This document shows, one piece after another, positions 41,384-53,751 of a DNA stretch of 64,000 nt. Position numbers and translations under genes: made by a program. The notes beneath the pieces were generated by a model. That model was not told where the DNA came from, did not search any database, and saw only the letters and a list, made by a program, of their open reading frames with translations. Source of the stretch: Octopus sinensis (taxonomy: Eukaryota); contig NC_043006.1 of assembly GCF_006345805.1 (NCBI RefSeq), forward strand, positions 38,688,001-38,752,000, in the 5' to 3' direction. Each line of letters starts with the position of its first letter. Position 1 is the stretch's first letter.

Positions 41384-42045
41384 TCATTTCATCTCTTCCT
41401 GACTCTTGTACTACACACATACATTTACTGCTAACCCTTAAATGTTCGAATCTATTCACTAATTCTGCTTGTTCTTAAAATATAACCCTTTAATTTGTTT
41501 ATCCCCTCGGTACCAAGTTAATTTGTTCGTTACTCTGTTCATTTCTTCAAACCCCGATTGTTTTAAGTCTACTGTCCCCAATCAAAATCTTCGCAGCCCG
41601 CCATTCGTTCGCGGTTTAAATTCTTAAAAATTTTTTTAAAATGCCTCGGTATGAAGATATTTCGTTCGTCCTCCGCCATTACTTTCAATCAAAACTTCCG
41701 TCTTTCCAACCCACTTCCGGTGAACCTATATAAATAATCACCTCGTGTGCTTATCTTTCATTCTCCCCTTCTTGACCACACAGCGATGATCATAGCAAGC
41801 AAGCTAAGAATTCTCATTTCATCTCTTCCTGACTCTTGTACTACACACATACATTTGCTGCTAACCCTTAAATGTTCGAATCTATTCACTAATTCTGCTT
41901 GTTCTTAAAATATAACCCTTTAATTTGTTTATCCCCTCGGTACCAAGTTAATTTGTTCGTTACTCTGTTCATTTCTTCAAACCCCGATTGTTTTAAGTCT
42001 ACTGTCCCCAATCAAAATCTTCGCAGCCCGCCATTCGTTCGCGGT
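41381..42045. repeat. Near-perfect ~235-bp direct repeat with a 430-bp period
   Basis: 41381-41615 matches 41811-42045 apart from about one substitution. Confidence 0.9.
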
Positions 42046-43134
42046 TCGACCGCCCTCCCACCCCCACCACCCATACCGGAGAACACTCTGTTTACACCAT
42101 CCTCACCGGATATCCCCTCTACCACCGCCACCACTACGTGTGTCTGTTCCTCCTACCCCTCCTCCTCAATATACTTTCTCATTATGTATTTTACCCCTGC
42201 CTCTCTCCCCCTGGACAGAAGCAGCTAGCGCTGCAGCTCATCAAACGTCCCACTTAACCTGTTATCTTATGTTCCTCCTGTTTTGAAATGTGTCACTGCC
42301 TCAACCGGCTATCTCCTTCCAGCCCCCTCCCCCACTCTTGATATCCTACGTTTTACTTCCTACTTTTCATTCTGTCTAGAACCTGCCACCAACCCTACCT
42401 GTCATCGTTTCTCTTTACCCCAAACCTTCCCCACTGGTGCTCCCCTATATTACATGCACCCCCACCACTCTCTCTCCCTCTCCCTCTCTCCTCTCTGCCG
42501 GAACCCTCCCCCCCCTGCCGCAATGCAACGAAAAAAGGCAATAACCGATCGTGGCCAATGCCAGACCCCTCTGGCACCTGTGCAGGTGGCACATAAAAAG
42601 CACCCACTACACTCGCGGAGTGGTTGGCGTTAGGAAGGGCATCCAGCTGTAGAAAAAACTGCCAGATCAGACTGGAGCCTGGGGCAGTCCCTGCTCCCCA
42701 GACCCCGGTCAAACCGTCCAACCCGTGCTAGCGCGGAAAACGGACGTTAAACGATGATGATGATGATATATATATATATATGTGTGTGTGTGTGTATGTG
42801 TATAAACTCTGCTAGATCAAGACTGGAGCCTGGTGCAGCCATATGGTTCGCCAGCCCACAGTCAAACCATCCAACCCATGCTAGCATGGAAAGTGGACGT
42901 AAATGACGATGATGATATATGTATGTATGTATATATATATGTGTGTGTGTGTGTATGTGTATAAACTCTGCTAGATCAAGACTGGAGCCTGGTGCAGCCA
43001 TATGGTTCGCCAGCCCACAGTCAAACCATCCAACCCATGCTAGCATGGAAAGTGGACGTTAAATGACGATGATGATATATGTATGTATGTATATATATAT
43101 GTATATATTTATATATATGTATATATATTTAAAA

Positions 43135-43470
43135 TGAATAAAAGAATGGAGTTGAACGAGGATTTTAACACAATCCCTTTTTGTCCGTCTTGAGGCTGAT
43201 TGATTTTCCTTGACTTTCCTTGACTTTCCTGATGAGAAGATGGCATAATGCACCTTGTTCCTTCAGAATTAAGAATATGCAGTCTTCGAAACATGTGTTG
43301 AAATTAAAGGAATTGTGTTAAAATCCTCGTTCGACTCCATTCTTTTATTCACAAGAATATGGAGTTTCTACCCTTGGCATGTAGCTTCAACCATGTTTTC
43401 TGACGTGAATTTGCTACCCAGGTATCGGTTAACCGAATTATCAATACTAGGATAATTCATTCACCTACTT
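43135..43470 (+). mobile_element. PLE terminal fragment with 45-bp inverted arm, between (TA)n tracts
   Basis: 43136-43180 is complementary to 43306-43350; the tail (tttgctaccc..ggta...cattcacctactt) is shared with the 53752-54212 element. Confidence 0.7.
43223..43305 (+). ncRNA. Type I hammerhead ribozyme motif, nearly intact
   Basis: acTTTC-CTGATGA(43229-43235)-GAAGAt.gcata...tatgc.gTCTTC-GAAA(43288-43291)-C-ATGT-G-TT-GAAAtt; GUU triplet. Confidence 0.75.
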
Positions 43471-43471
43471 A

Positions 43472-43502
<31 letters not shown>

Positions 43503-43554
43503 CTATATGTATATATATATGTGTATATATATATATATCTATATGTATATATAT

Positions 43555-43617
<63 letters not shown>

Positions 43618-43752
43618 ATATATATATACACACACATATATATACATATAGATATATATATGTATATATTTATATATATGTATATATGTGTGCATGTATG
43701 TGTGTATATATGTATGTGTACATATATGTTTGTGTGTGTGTATATATATATA

Positions 43753-43806
<54 letters not shown>

Positions 43807-43916
43807 TATATACACACACATATATATATACATATAGATATATATATGTATATATTTATATATATGTATATATGTGTGCATGTATGTGTGTATATATGTA
43901 TGTGTACATATATGTT

Positions 43917-43960
<44 letters not shown>

Positions 43961-44669
43961 CACACACACACACACACATACATACATATAGAGGAAAACA
44001 GTTAATCTTTGTGCCATCATTATGAGGTATTCAATCTCTAACCCTGTTATTGTTAGTGCAAGGCACTACTCTGCTGGTTAGAAATTATAAGAGGTACCAC
44101 TCTGCTTTTATTATTTAATCTTCATATTTACTTCAGTTCTGTATATTTTTTCCACATCTATATTCTCATACCCTCTCAGAACCCCTGCAGCAAAAAAGCC
44201 CCAGTTTTACTGCTTTAATTCAAAGACTCTGTTGTCTATGTGAGTTGATATTTATATCAAATGAAATGGCTTCTTTAAATTTTGGCACAGAAAATAATCT
44301 GTGTTAATATATTCCAGCTGTTCTCATTAATGTAAGCTCAAACATACACACACACATACATGCATATGTGCACACACATACACACATATGTGCACACACA
44401 TACACATGAATGCACACAAATGCCAGGAAATAATTAACAGCAGATGTTACCGTCAGGTACATAGCACAGGTATATCCAAAGAACCTATTTGCTAACACAG
44501 TTGGACTAATGGCAACAATAAAAGCAACAACAACATTAACAACACAACAATCTCTATATTTTGCTTCAAGTGAGATGAAAGAGGAACAATAAAAACTATA
44601 ATTATAATAATGATAATAATGATAATGATGATGATGATGATGATGTTTATGATGGTGATGATGATAGTG

Positions 44670-45095
44670 TGAATACACTGGGAATTGTGCAGGGTCTGTG
44701 TGGTAGAATGTCAGAACAAGTAGTATGAGCTCCAATGTAACCAATAAGATGTCAGTCTCCTGTGGAAGGAATCCAAAGAATGGACCTAAAATGTATCAAT
44801 ACCAGAAGACCAGAATTTTGTGAAGGCAGAGGACGAGGAAGTTGAAAATTACAAGGATCTAGCATTAGAAGTGAAATAAATCCACGGAGCCTCAAAAGTG
44901 AATGTGATCCCTATTGTTACCAGTGCACTTGGGAGTGTGTCACAGAAAGCAATAGTCTGGCAAGTAAAGTTGAAAATACCAAACTTTGTCGGAAGTATTC
45001 AGTTGGCAGCAATACTTGGAAGAGCTGATGTGTTGCTGCAGGAAGGAGCTGAGACATGACATAGATAACCCAGGAGAAGAAAGAATAAAGATGAT
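44670..45095 (+). mobile_element. Old R4/Dong-clade 3' fragment
   Basis: IHWELC...IPEDQNF...E.EEVENYKDLALEV.*I......VIPIV.SALG...IQLAAILG; microsatellite flanks. Confidence 0.7.
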
Positions 45096-46034
45096 ACTAC
45101 TACTAATAATAATAATACTGATGCAGTACCAGGCAGTAGCTCTAATACCCTGATGCAATACCAGGCAGTGGCTTTCATGGCTCCTCATCTTAACTAATTT
45201 GAAGTGTCATCATGTACATTGTTTTGTCTTGGTATAAAAGATGGGCGACAGCAAATATTCTGCTCAATACCACAGATTTGCTTGTCAGTTGTTTGACCTT
45301 AACCAGCTGAGCAGAATTAGTTGGGGAGCATCATAGCCATGTGTTGAGAGGGATTCTTTGGGGTTTGAATAATTCACCTTTGGAAACATGGGTAGTTCGT
45401 TCAACATCCTTAAACAACCCTTAATCAGGGACCTTTTGAGCAGGATGGGTTACTTGACCAGACGAAAATTCTAACTGAGCCCCACCTGCAAGGTCATATG
45501 CTTTTTATCTTGATATGAGTTCACCATGTCGCACACATATGGTTGTGATGTATGTGCCTGGTGTACCCTTATCAAACAGATAGTCATGATGGGGATACTG
45601 GGCATCGTATATTTTACTCTAGTGTCACTTTGATGGAATGCACTGCTCTCTCAATCAATAATAATAATAATAATGATAATAGAAGCAAAAAAAAGAAGAG
45701 TGCCATTGTATCAAGTGAACGATATTTCGACATTTTGTGTGGCTTCCACAAGTTCAAAAAATAAACGTGTCAATCTACTTCATTTTGGTTAATATTTATA
45801 GGATTGAGGTAACTCCTCCAGATGATATAGAAGCAAAAAAAAAAAAAGAAGAATAGATTAACACGTTTATTTTTTTGAAGACATACGAGAAGTTGAAATA
45901 TCATTCACTTGATGACAATGGAACTCTTCTGTTTTTTTGCTTCTGTATCTTCTGGAGGAATTACCTCAGTCCTATAAATAATAATAATAATAATAATGAT
46001 GATGATGATAATAATAATAATTATGATGATGATG

Positions 46035-46067
<33 letters not shown>

Positions 46068-46999
46068 CTGATGATAATGATGATAATAATAATAATAATA
46101 ATAATAATAATAGTCCTTTCTACTATAGGTACAAGGGCTGAAATTTGTGTGTGTGTGGGGGGGGGTTAAGTTGGTCATATTGACTCCAGTACTCAACTGG
46201 TACTTATTCTATAGATCCCGAATGGATGAAAGACAAAGTCAACCTCAGCGGAATTTGAACTTAGAATGTCAAGGCAGATGAAATACTGCTAAGCACTTTG
46301 CCCAGCATGCTAACGATTCTGCTAGCTTTCCAACCTTAACCCTTTAGTGTTCAGATTGACCAAAACTGGCTGAAAATAATTTCCCCTTTATTTGTTTGAA
46401 CCAGCCAAATCCAGCCGTATCTAATTTCTCTATGAAATTGCTAAAAAAAAATGTTTTAATCACATTTAAAATCACAGTTAAAATCGAAATCAAATTCGAT
46501 GACTGGCATCCATGTTAGTGGAGCACTAAGAGCACCATCCGAGCGTGATCATTGCCAGAGCAACTAACTGGATTCTATGCAGGTTACACGTAAAAAGCAC
46601 CATTCAAGTGTGATTATTACCAGCATCCCCTTACTGGCACATGAAAAACATTTGAGCGAGGTCGTTGCCAGTGCCACTGGACTGGCTCCTGTGCAGGTGG
46701 CACATAAAAAACACCATTTGAGCATGGCTGTTGCCAGTACCGCCTGACTGGCCCTCGTGCTGGTGGCATGTAAAAGCACCCATTACATTCTCAGAGTGGT
46801 TGGTGTTAGGAAGGGCATCTAGCTGTAGAAACTCTGCTTGATCAGATTGGAGCCTGGTGCAGCCATCTGGTTCAGCAGTCCTCAGTCAAATCGTCCAACC
46901 CATTCTAGAATGGAAAGCGGATGTTAAATGATGATGATGATGATGATGATGATGACATTACTGAATTCTTGAAGCTTTGAGATAATGCGAGATAAAACC

Positions 47000-47726
47000 T
47001 TTCCTGCCTTTATTCAAATAAAAATACTGTGATATTTTTGTCACTGCTTGGTCTTTTTAATGTTTGAAGAGAAGTGTATATCTTAGTTTTTAATGATATG
47101 GTGGCAGCAAGAAGCAATTCTGTCTTTGAAGGTTTTACTCTTGATGATGTACAAAATATACAAAAAAGTGATTTGTCTTTGGATGAATATGATATTGATG
47201 TTTATGAATCTTCATTGGACGAGGAAGATTTTGATAATGAAAGTGATAAAAACAAAAGTGATGAATATGACATTGAAAACATTATGGCAACATGGTTGAA
47301 GATTACTACATCAACCACAATTCCCAATTTCACAGAAAAGACTAATCCACAACACAGTCTACCTCCTGATGTTCAACCATTGGACCATTTATTTGTACAT
47401 CATTTACAGTTGATGGATATTTGTCCTCATCTTGTTTGTTGTTAACACAATGTTTCAGCTTGTTTGTTGTTAACACAGCATATGGTAAAATGGAGACCAC
47501 CTCCCCTGGTGGGATGAAGTTAAAATAATAGACAGAGAACACCACTGGAAAATAGGAAAACTAAAAGAAGCAGTACATATGCTAGGACATAATAAGCTCC
47601 TTAGCAGACTGAGTGGCGATAGGAGCAGCATATGGGAACCAGTATTAAAGGACCATTCCTGGTACTTTTTGTACATAGAGTAATTATTGAAGTTATAAAT
47701 GTCAGGCCTGGGGCATGAAGGGTTTA
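47000..47726 (+). mobile_element. piggyBac-like transposase N-terminal remnant, interrupted by a PLE fragment
   Basis: Acidic tract then W......IPNFTEKTNP.HSLP.DVQPLDH, resembling PGBD N-termini; right end aagggttta resembles AGGG-TTAA. Confidence 0.55.
47390..47649 (+). mobile_element. Penelope-like element fragment: inverted terminal arm and GIY-YIG endonuclease C-terminus
   Basis: IW*NGDHLPWWDEVKIIDREHHWKIGKLKEAVHM...SIWEPVLK fits the PLE pattern H...W..VKI.D.E..W..RK.KEA.HI; GGACCATT duplicated at 47382-47389 and 47650-47657. Confidence 0.8.
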
Positions 47727-48446
47727 TAACTACTCCTTTTTCTGTACGATAAAAGTTATTTTAAGAAGTTTGCTTCCCAATCCCATGGTTCCAGTTTCAG
47801 TCCCACTGTGTGACACCTTGAGCAAGTGTCTTATATTATAATCTTGAGCTGAGCAAAACCTTGTGAAAGGACTTGGTGGTCAGAAACTGAAAGAAGCCCA
47901 TCGTATATAGATATATTTAAATATGTGTGTCTTTGTGCTTGTGTTTGTCCCTCACCACCGATGTTGGTGTGTTTATATCCCTGTAACTTAGCAGTTCAGT
48001 ACAAGGTACCAATAGAGTAAGTACCAGGCATGAAGAAAAAAAAAACCCTGGGGTCTATTTGTTTGACAAAAATTCTTCAAGGTGGTGCAAAGACAAAGCA
48101 GTTAAAGATCAAAGATGAATTCTTCATTGCTTTGAAACTTATTGAAATGAAGCCAGAATATTCCAGACATAGGATACCAAATAAGGTAAAACAATCAACA
48201 GAATTCCAGTTTACATACAAAATAAGAAACAAATTTTAATTATAAAACTGAGAATAAATTAACACTATCTTAGAAATGACTAATTACCTGATATAGCTAT
48301 CACCATTTTCTCATTAGTCTCACATTGCCTTGCTACTCTAAGGTGAAGTGAGGAATTTCCACTTCCTTATAAATTATTAATGACTAAGCTAAACAATCTG
48401 TTGTGCCTAACTCATTTCAAATGTTATGATTAAAATGTTATGATTT

Positions 48447-48904
48447 ACAGTTTTATATTTAAGAGATGAGGAATTATGTACATTATTTACATTTGATGGA
48501 TATTTGTCCTCATCTTGTTTGTTGTTAACACGTTTTGGCTGACATACCCTCCAGCCTTGATCAGGTGCAGATATGAATAGCATATGGGAACCAGTATTAA
48601 GGAAGGATAGGAAAATATCAGATAAGCCCTAAAAATTCACTCCATAATTGCCCACGGATATATGGCGTAATGGTTAAGAGCACGGGCTACTAACCCCAAG
48701 ATTCCAAGTTCAATTCCAGGCAGTGACCTGAATGATAATAATAATAATAATAATAATAATAATATCAAAAAATACCTTAGGAATGATAACCCAGGTTCAA
48801 AATTTCCCCAAGACACCTGATGAAGGCTGGAGGGTATATCAGCCAAAACGGTGTGTTAACAACAAACAAGATGAGGACAAATATCCGTCAAATGTAAATA
48901 ATGT
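48447..48904 (+). mobile_element. Penelope-like element 3' end: inverted arm, ORF end and stop, tRNA-like head, (TAA)n, hammerhead motif
   Basis: Inverted arm 48447-48567; DMNSIWEPVLRKDRKISDKP* (stop 48630-48632); A-box TGGCGTAATGG and B-box-like GTTCAATTCC within ~48656-48730; CTGATGA at 48817-48823; AATGTTATGATTT at 48434-48446 and 48900-48912. Confidence 0.8.
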
Positions 48905-49070
48905 TATGATTTGTTCTATCTCTTATCATAAGCTTAAACATATGACATGAATATTCAGCAAAACAGTGGTAGATTGATGATGTAGAATATGTTTAATCTG
49001 TAGAAGGTAGAATGTGCTGAGTTGAGAGAGACAGCATAGAATGTTTGCAGTGATTATTTTCAGTCTGAGT

Positions 49071-49650
49071 TTAACCCTTTAGTACACAGTTTATCCTGTC
49101 AAATGTAATGCTTATGTAGTCATATTGTTTTGAATTAATCATACATTATCCCATAGCTTCGAGATTTTGACAATGTGATTATTACCTCCACCTTAGCGAA
49201 GCCAGATGCAATATTTCCAGCCGTGTTTCTTTGCTTGTCCGTGAACAAGATGTCATAAGAACAGCTGGATATTTGGATGAAACTTTCAGGGATGTTTAAC
49301 CTCATGACTGGCAAACATCCGATTAGATTTTGGGATCGATCTGGTACCGGACAAGGATTCTGGATTATTTTTCCTGTTTTTTTACTTAATTTTTGAGAGC
49401 GGTTGGGTTCATTTTCAGTATTCTTGTTTGTGAAAGCAGTCGAGTTTATTTCAGATATTCTCATTCTAAAAATCATCTCTGGCTAATCATTGAGATGATA
49501 TTGGTGTTGCCTTGGTGGAGGTTTGTGCTCTCTGAGTGCTCTTGTTTATTTTTAGAATGACATTGTAGGGTAGATGTGAAAGGCCAGCTGTGGCCAGTTT
49601 GAACATAAAACAAGTAAAATACTTTGGTTGGATATGGTTGGATTTCAATG
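49071..49650 (+). mobile_element. piggyBac-type non-autonomous element (TTAA-CCCTTT end) hosting a nested insertion
   Basis: Begins ttaaccctttagt; a related element starts at 46337 with the same terminus; the right end is eroded. Confidence 0.5.
49179..49547 (+). mobile_element. Helentron-associated (DINE-1/HINE-like) non-autonomous element
   Basis: Subterminal inverted repeats ACCTCCACC (49184-49192) and GGTGGAGGT (49514-49522), 3' hairpin GTGCTC-tct-GAGTGC, T-rich boundaries. Confidence 0.65.
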
Positions 49651-52026
49651 AGGTCAACTTAACCTTTCGTTCTCTCAAGGTCAACAGGAAAACGATCTGA
49701 AGCAGTGGACTGGCAGAATTGTAAGAAAATCAGTCCAGATGCCTTGAAGTATTTGTTCCAGTTCTTCACATTTTGTGTTCAAATCCTATCAAGGCCTGTT
49801 TGGATGGTTGACTGAACTCAACACTTGGTTTCCCACCACCACCGCCACTGCTGCCGCTATAGTCATGGGAAATTTAAACATACTCGGAAATGGATGATGG
49901 TTGATGACAGGAAGAGCATCTGGTCATACAAAAATCTGTGTCAACAAATTCTTTCTGATACATGCAAGCATAAAACATGGACATAACATCATGATGATGA
50001 TGATGATGGTGGTGGTGGTGATGATGATGATGATAGTTGTGGTGGTGGCGGTGGTGGTGGTGAGGAAGATGATGATGATGATAGTTGTGGTGGTGGTGGT
50101 GGTGCTGATAATGATAGTAATGGGGTGGTGGTGATGATGTTGATGACGGTGGTGGTGTTGGTGGCAGAGGTGGTAGTGGTGATAATGATGATCATCGTGG
50201 TGGTAGTGGTGCTATTGGTGGTGGTGATGATGATGGTGGTAGTGATCGTACTGATGACGATGACGACAACAACAATGATGACGATGACAGTGACGACGAT
50301 AGGCAGGAGGCCATGCATTTTAAGATATAGCGTAGTGGTCGTTTTCATTAATCTCAATCCATGGATGTTGCTTTAAGGTGTTGATCCGAGTCAGTTGAAA
50401 TGCAAAGTTGGCCTAACAGGATTGTGAATTCCGAGGATGTAAAGAGACTTTAGGCGTAGGAGTGGCTGTGTGGTAAGTAGCTTGCTTACCAACCACATGG
50501 TTCCAGGTTCAGTCCCACTGTGTGGCACCTTGGGCAAGTGTCTTCTGCTCTAGCCTCGGGCCGACCAAAGCACCCACTACACTCTCAGAGTGGTTGGCAC
50601 TAGGAAGAGCATCTGGCTGTAGAAACATTGCCAGATCAGATTGGAGCCTGGTGTGGCCCACTGGCTTGTCAGATCTCAGTCAAACCATATGCCAGTATGG
50701 AAAGCAGATGTTAAACGATGATGATAATGATGATGGCATATAATATATATGCATGCATTTGTGTATGTGTGTGTTTCTGTGTGTTTACCCCACCACCATT
50801 TGGCAATTGGTGTTGATGTGTTCCCATTCCCGTAACTTAGTGCATAGATTCCCGGTGGGTGTTGAGACGGACCAGGTGGGCGCTGGTGCCAAAGGCAGCA
50901 GGGGGTGGTAGAGAAAAAGGAGGCGTTGGGAGGAAGGCAGTGGACTGGGGGAGGTTAAATGCCAAAATAAGTACCAGTTTTTAAAAAATATGAACTGGAA
51001 TCAAATCAATACGTTCAGCTAAAATTCTTCAAAGTGGTGCCCCAGCATGGCCACAATCTAATGACTGAAACCAGTAAAATAGGAAAGATATAAAAATATA
51101 AAATAAATATATATTCAATACAACCAGTCATCGCACAAATATAGTGGCAAAATCTTTGGCACACTTGTAGAGAACCTGTATTTCAAAGACTTCTTCATCC
51201 TTATACAGAATGATGATCAAGAAGAGAAATGTATCCACAAAGAAAATTCTTTCTCAAATATCGCACCCTACTTTCTTAAAAGACAGATGTATTCAATAAT
51301 GTGCGCCTAGATACACACAGCCTGAACGAAACAAGGATGGAATGGTCATAGCTTGAGCACCTTTGATCATAGGTCCGTTCAGTCAGATTTGACCCCGGGG
51401 CTAAACAACAAGAAAAACAATAGCCCTTCCCCATCACATGATGCTAGACTCTGTGTGGATGTCACACTTTTACACCACATTACAGATGCATCATACTGCC
51501 TTTTTTTTTTCTACAGAAACTCCATCGATTCCGTGTAATGGCTTTTTGGTGGGTATTGGTTGTGCTGTGGGGAGTATGGGGGTCTTTTAATTAAACTCAT
51601 TTCCCTTTAATGGTTAACAAAAACATAGTAATGGGGTGGAAAAGGAGCTGGAGAGGGAAGGTGGGTGACAAAGGAGAGAAAGAGAGAGAGAGAGAGAGAT
51701 AGAGAGAAACAGAGAGAGTGGGGGTGTAGAGGGTGGAAAGAAAAATGAAAAGAAGAAAGAAATATTAGCAGCAAAGAATGATATAGACAAAGAAATAGAA
51801 AAATGGAGGGAAAAAGCGAAAAAAGAGACTTGTTGTAAATTGACAGAGAGAAAAAGAGATAGAGAGCAAGAGGGTGGTGGGTGAGGAAAAATAAGAAAAG
51901 AAAGAAGAAAAATTATAAAAACAAAAATATGAATATATACACATACACACATATGTATATGCTATATATGTATATACACACACACACACACATATATACA
52001 TATATACATACATATACACATACACG

Positions 52027-52066
<40 letters not shown>

Positions 52067-52077
52067 CACATATACAT

Positions 52078-52111
<34 letters not shown>

Positions 52112-53520
52112 GCATAAACCTGTGTGAGAGAGAGGGGGAGCAAGATACCAATAAGAGAAAAAGAAGAAAGAAAAAGAAACAGTGATAAAAAGATTGAAAA
52201 ATGGGGAAAGGTGAGAAACATAGGGGAGAGAAAGAGAGAGAGAGCATGAGTGGGTAAGAGAGAGAGGTAAATCATTCTAATGGTTTGTATGTGTGTATGA
52301 GAGACACAAAGAGAGGGGGATGAGAGTGTGTGTGTGTGTGTGTTGTGTATGCATGTGTGTGTGTGTGAGTGTGTGTGTGTGTGCGTGTGTGTGTGTGTGT
52401 GTGTAAAAAAATGAAATAAATACATGAAAAATCAAAATCAAACAAAAATAAAATAAAATGAGATAAAAAAAAAAATTCTGCTTAGAGAAGTTGTGGTGGA
52501 ACGGATTGAGTGAGAGAATTTAACGTAATGGATTCTTGGAGAGAGAGAAAGAGAGAGAGAGATAACAAAAAAAAAACAAACAAACAAACAAAAACAGCCA
52601 CCACCAACATAACAACAACAACAACAACAAGGAAAAAAACTTCACATAATAGCTGTGTACACAAAAGTTGTCAGAATGGAATAATGGTGATGAATGTTGT
52701 GAGAAGATAAATGTCTCCAACACAAAGGATACAACATAGAGAGAATGACAGAATGCTACAATGAAATATATACAAAACGCTTTGATTCGTCTTGTCAGAG
52801 GCGAATGACACAAAATTCTTGCATTCAAACATAGATGAGTTGATGAATAGATGCACCATTTTTTGCTTCAATCCTCTACCCTTCCCTCTTTCTTTCATTC
52901 TTTCTTTCTTTCTTTCTTTCAACATAATACTTCCCCTCTCTATTTGCTTCATAGAACTGTCTATCTTTATATTTTACTACGTTGCTCTAGGTCTCTATCC
53001 CACCCTGACTTGATATTTTCTATCAGTATGCAGATGTCATTGGATATCATCCAGATTGCATAGCGCCTATATGTGTGTGTTCTTGTGTGAGTGTGTGCGT
53101 GCATATATTTGCATGTACATGTGTGTTTATATATGTACATGAACATTGTGTGTATATATTTGTATATGCATGTGTTTGTACATGGTATTTTTGTTGATCT
53201 TACATTAGAAGAAGAGTAAACTATATTATGTACATATATATATATATATATATATGTATATATTAATTGGAGTTTACAGTATCATATATTATGGCTGATC
53301 TTGACAATTGGTTTTGCACTAGCCTTCAACAGATTGTTAGGTAACAATCTCACTACATAACATTGCACTCATCAGAGGTAGCTGTTATGGAATGAAATAT
53401 GGCAACTGCTCACTATGTTGTGTGTGTGTATATATATATATATATCGCCATGTTGAATCGCTAGCTTCTGCACGCATTTTTTTTCTCTCCTTGTTTCTCT
53501 CCGTGTTTCTTTTCTGTGTA

Positions 53521-53558
53521 TCTTTCTGTTGAAGAGTGTAGGCTCGAAACATAAAAGA
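53521..53558 (+). ncRNA. Miniature variant hammerhead motif (CUGUUGA core) in a short (TA)n-flanked element (~53445-53656)
   Basis: TCTTT-CTGTTGA-A-GAGT-gtag-GCTC-GAAA-CA-TA-AAAGA: perfect 5-bp stem I and 4-bp stem II with one G-U; core A6 and the helix III pair deviate. Confidence 0.5.
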
Positions 53559-53655
53559 CTTGTTTTATTTATATTCCTGAGCGCCATACTAATACAATTG
53601 TTTGTTTGTACTCCACCTGCCTTCGTCTTTTGTTTATTTTCATAAAGCTTCCCGT

Positions 53656-53688
<33 letters not shown>

Positions 53689-53704
53689 TGTATATATATG
53701 TGTA

Positions 53705-53739
<35 letters not shown>

Positions 53740-53751
53740 ATATATATATAA

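Noticed and set aside
41775-41815. Hammerhead in the 430-bp repeat unit (cagcgatga...gaa)
   Set aside because: No CUGA or GAAA box and no consistent stems.
48656-48730. Functional tRNA gene (also 23779, 35230, 54340)
   Set aside because: Acceptor stem does not close convincingly and each is embedded in a repeat; treated as a tRNA-derived head.
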